64,000 nt of DNA, taken from the NCBI GenBank assembly GCA_963707215.1, contig CAVPPB010000001.1:448001-512000 (forward strand), written 5' to 3'. Each line of letters begins with the position of its first letter. Position 1 is the first letter of the stretch. A program made the translations under genes and the position numbers. Below are positions 62,340 through 64,000 of this stretch, in pieces. Under the pieces are notes generated by a model. It did no database searches. It saw only the letters and a list, made by a program, of their open reading frames with translations, and was not told the origin of the DNA. The DNA is from an uncultured Chloroflexia bacterium. GTDB lineage: Bacteria > Chloroflexota > Limnocylindria > Limnocylindrales > CSP1-4.

Positions 62340-64000
62340 GTGCCATTCTCGCAGCCGGATGCCAGCGGGGTCGTCTGGGAGGGCCGGGACGAGCTCGTCC
62401 GGGTCGAGGCCTGGGGCGATCACGGCTTGCGGATCCGGTCGGCGCCGGGCGACCGCCTGCCCGTGCCGCTCGGCGAGGACGGGGCGCTGCTCGAGGTCGG
62501 CGGACGGCCCGCGATCATCGAGATCCGGGCCGAGGTGGCGGTCGTCCGCAACGGGGACCTGGCTGCCGAGCTCTCGGCGGACGGCCGGCTCCGGTTCCTC
62601 CGATCCACCGACGGCCGCGAGCTCCTCGCCGAGGAGGCCCGCCACTTCGTCGGCCCGCTGGCCCGCCACTACTTCCAGCGTCCCGACGGACTACCTGCGG
62701 GTCGAGGCGAGCTTCCGCGCGTATGACGGCGAGCGCCTCTACGGGCTGGGCCAGCACCAGCACGGGCGGCTCGACCAGAAGGGCTGCGTCATCGACCTGG
62801 TCCAGCGGAACACCCAGGTCGCGATCCCCTACCTCCTCTCGTCGCGCGGCTACGGGTTCCTCTGGCACAGCCCGTCCGTCGGGCGGGTGGAGCTGGGCGC
62901 GAACGGCACCCGCTGGGTCGCCGAGGCGACTCCCGGTCTCGACTACTGGGTCGTCGCCGGCGACGAGCCGGCCGTCACCCTCGAGCGCTCCACTGCCGCG
63001 ACCGGCCGCCCGCCGATGCTCCCTGAGCGGGCGGTCGGCTTCTGGCAGTCGAAGCTCCGCTACCGATCGCAGGAGGAGGTCCTCGCCGTCGCCCGCGAGC
63101 ACCGGCGACGTGGACTCCCGCTGAACGTGATCGTCATCGACGCGGGGCACTGGCCGGTCATGGGCGACTGGCGGTTCGACCCGGAGCGCTGGCCGGATCC
63201 GTCGGCGATGGTCCGCGAGCTCGACGAGCTCGGCGTCGAGGTCATCGTCTCCGTCTGGCCGACGGTCAACGACCTCGAGCGAGAACCTGGCCGCCATGCG
63301 CGACCACGGCCTGCTGGCCCGGACGATCCGCGGCGATCCCCACCCCACCTGGCTCTTCGACAACCGGCCGGACGGACCGGTCCCGCTCCACCTCTACGAC
63401 GCGACGGACCCGGAGGCGCGACGCTTCCTCGGCGCGCGGCTCCGCGACGGCTACCTCCGGCACGGGATCCGCTGGTTCTGGCTCGATGCCGACGAGCCGG
63501 AGCTGAAGCCGCTGGAGGCCGATCGCATCGCCTATCGGGCCGGCCCGGGAGAGGCCATCCACAATGCCTACCCCCACCTCCATGCCCGGGCGGTCCACGA
63601 GGCGATGAGCGAGGCGGGCGTCGACGGACGCCATCACCCTGAGCCGGTCGGCCTGGGCCGGCAGCGCTCGCCACGGAGTGGCGGTCTGGTCGGGCGACAT
63701 CGATTCGACCTGGGACGCGCTCCGGGCCCAGGTCCCGGCCGGCCTCAACGCGGGCATCAGCGGCATCGCCCTGGTGGACCTCGGACATCGGCGGGTTCAA
63801 GGGCGGCGATCCGGATGACCCGGCGTTCCGCGAGCTGCTCATCCGCTGGTTCCAGTTCGGCGCCTTCTGCCCACTCTTCCGGCTCCATGGCCTTCGCCGC
63901 ACCGACGGCGTCCGGTTCGACGACCTAGCCGAGCTGGCCGAGGAGCCCGGCACCGTCACGGCCATCGGCTGCCCCGGGCCCCCCCTTCAACCTGGCCGAG
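62340..64000 (+). CDS. Glycoside hydrolase family 31 (alpha-xylosidase-like); ~4 apparent frameshifts; 3' end incomplete or unclear
   Basis: Joined frames: ERLYGLGQ, GFWQSKLRY, WPDP, FWLDADEPE (nucleophile), VWSGDI, WTSDIGGF, RWFQFG-x-F-x-P-x-x-RLHG. Confidence 0.85.

Overview
High-GC, gene-dense bacterial chromosome segment. Gene content and codon style resemble Chloroflexota, possibly Limnocylindria/Ellin6529-like (inference, not verified). About 55 CDS; I saw no tRNA, rRNA, CRISPR array or mobile element. Main blocks: (1) a ~20 kb phosphate/polyphosphate supercluster at 2.4-22.7 kb (DUF971, ppk1, CYTH-CHAD, Ppx with a charged N-terminal extension, an atypical PhoB-like regulator, pstSCAB-phoU, SixA, GDPD, EEP phosphatase, PhoR, Pit, DUF47, PhoB; proS sits inside it) with candidate 11-bp-period GTTAAC PHO boxes; (2) housekeeping genes (gltX, DtxR, J-domain protein, asparaginase, upp); (3) a reductive pyrimidine-catabolism-like cluster at 35.7-47.6 kb that lacks a PreT/PreA dehydrogenase and instead has a Mer-like LLM oxidoreductase, a non-pyrrolysine MttB methyltransferase and a homocysteine methyltransferase; (4) radical SAM, Fe-ADH, secreted proteases, a degenerate Lgt, mdh, amine oxidase, pckA, a trans-sulfuration enzyme and GH31. 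About 15 small frameshifts interrupt otherwise intact genes and most likely reflect long-read sequencing error. Several genes look leaderless.
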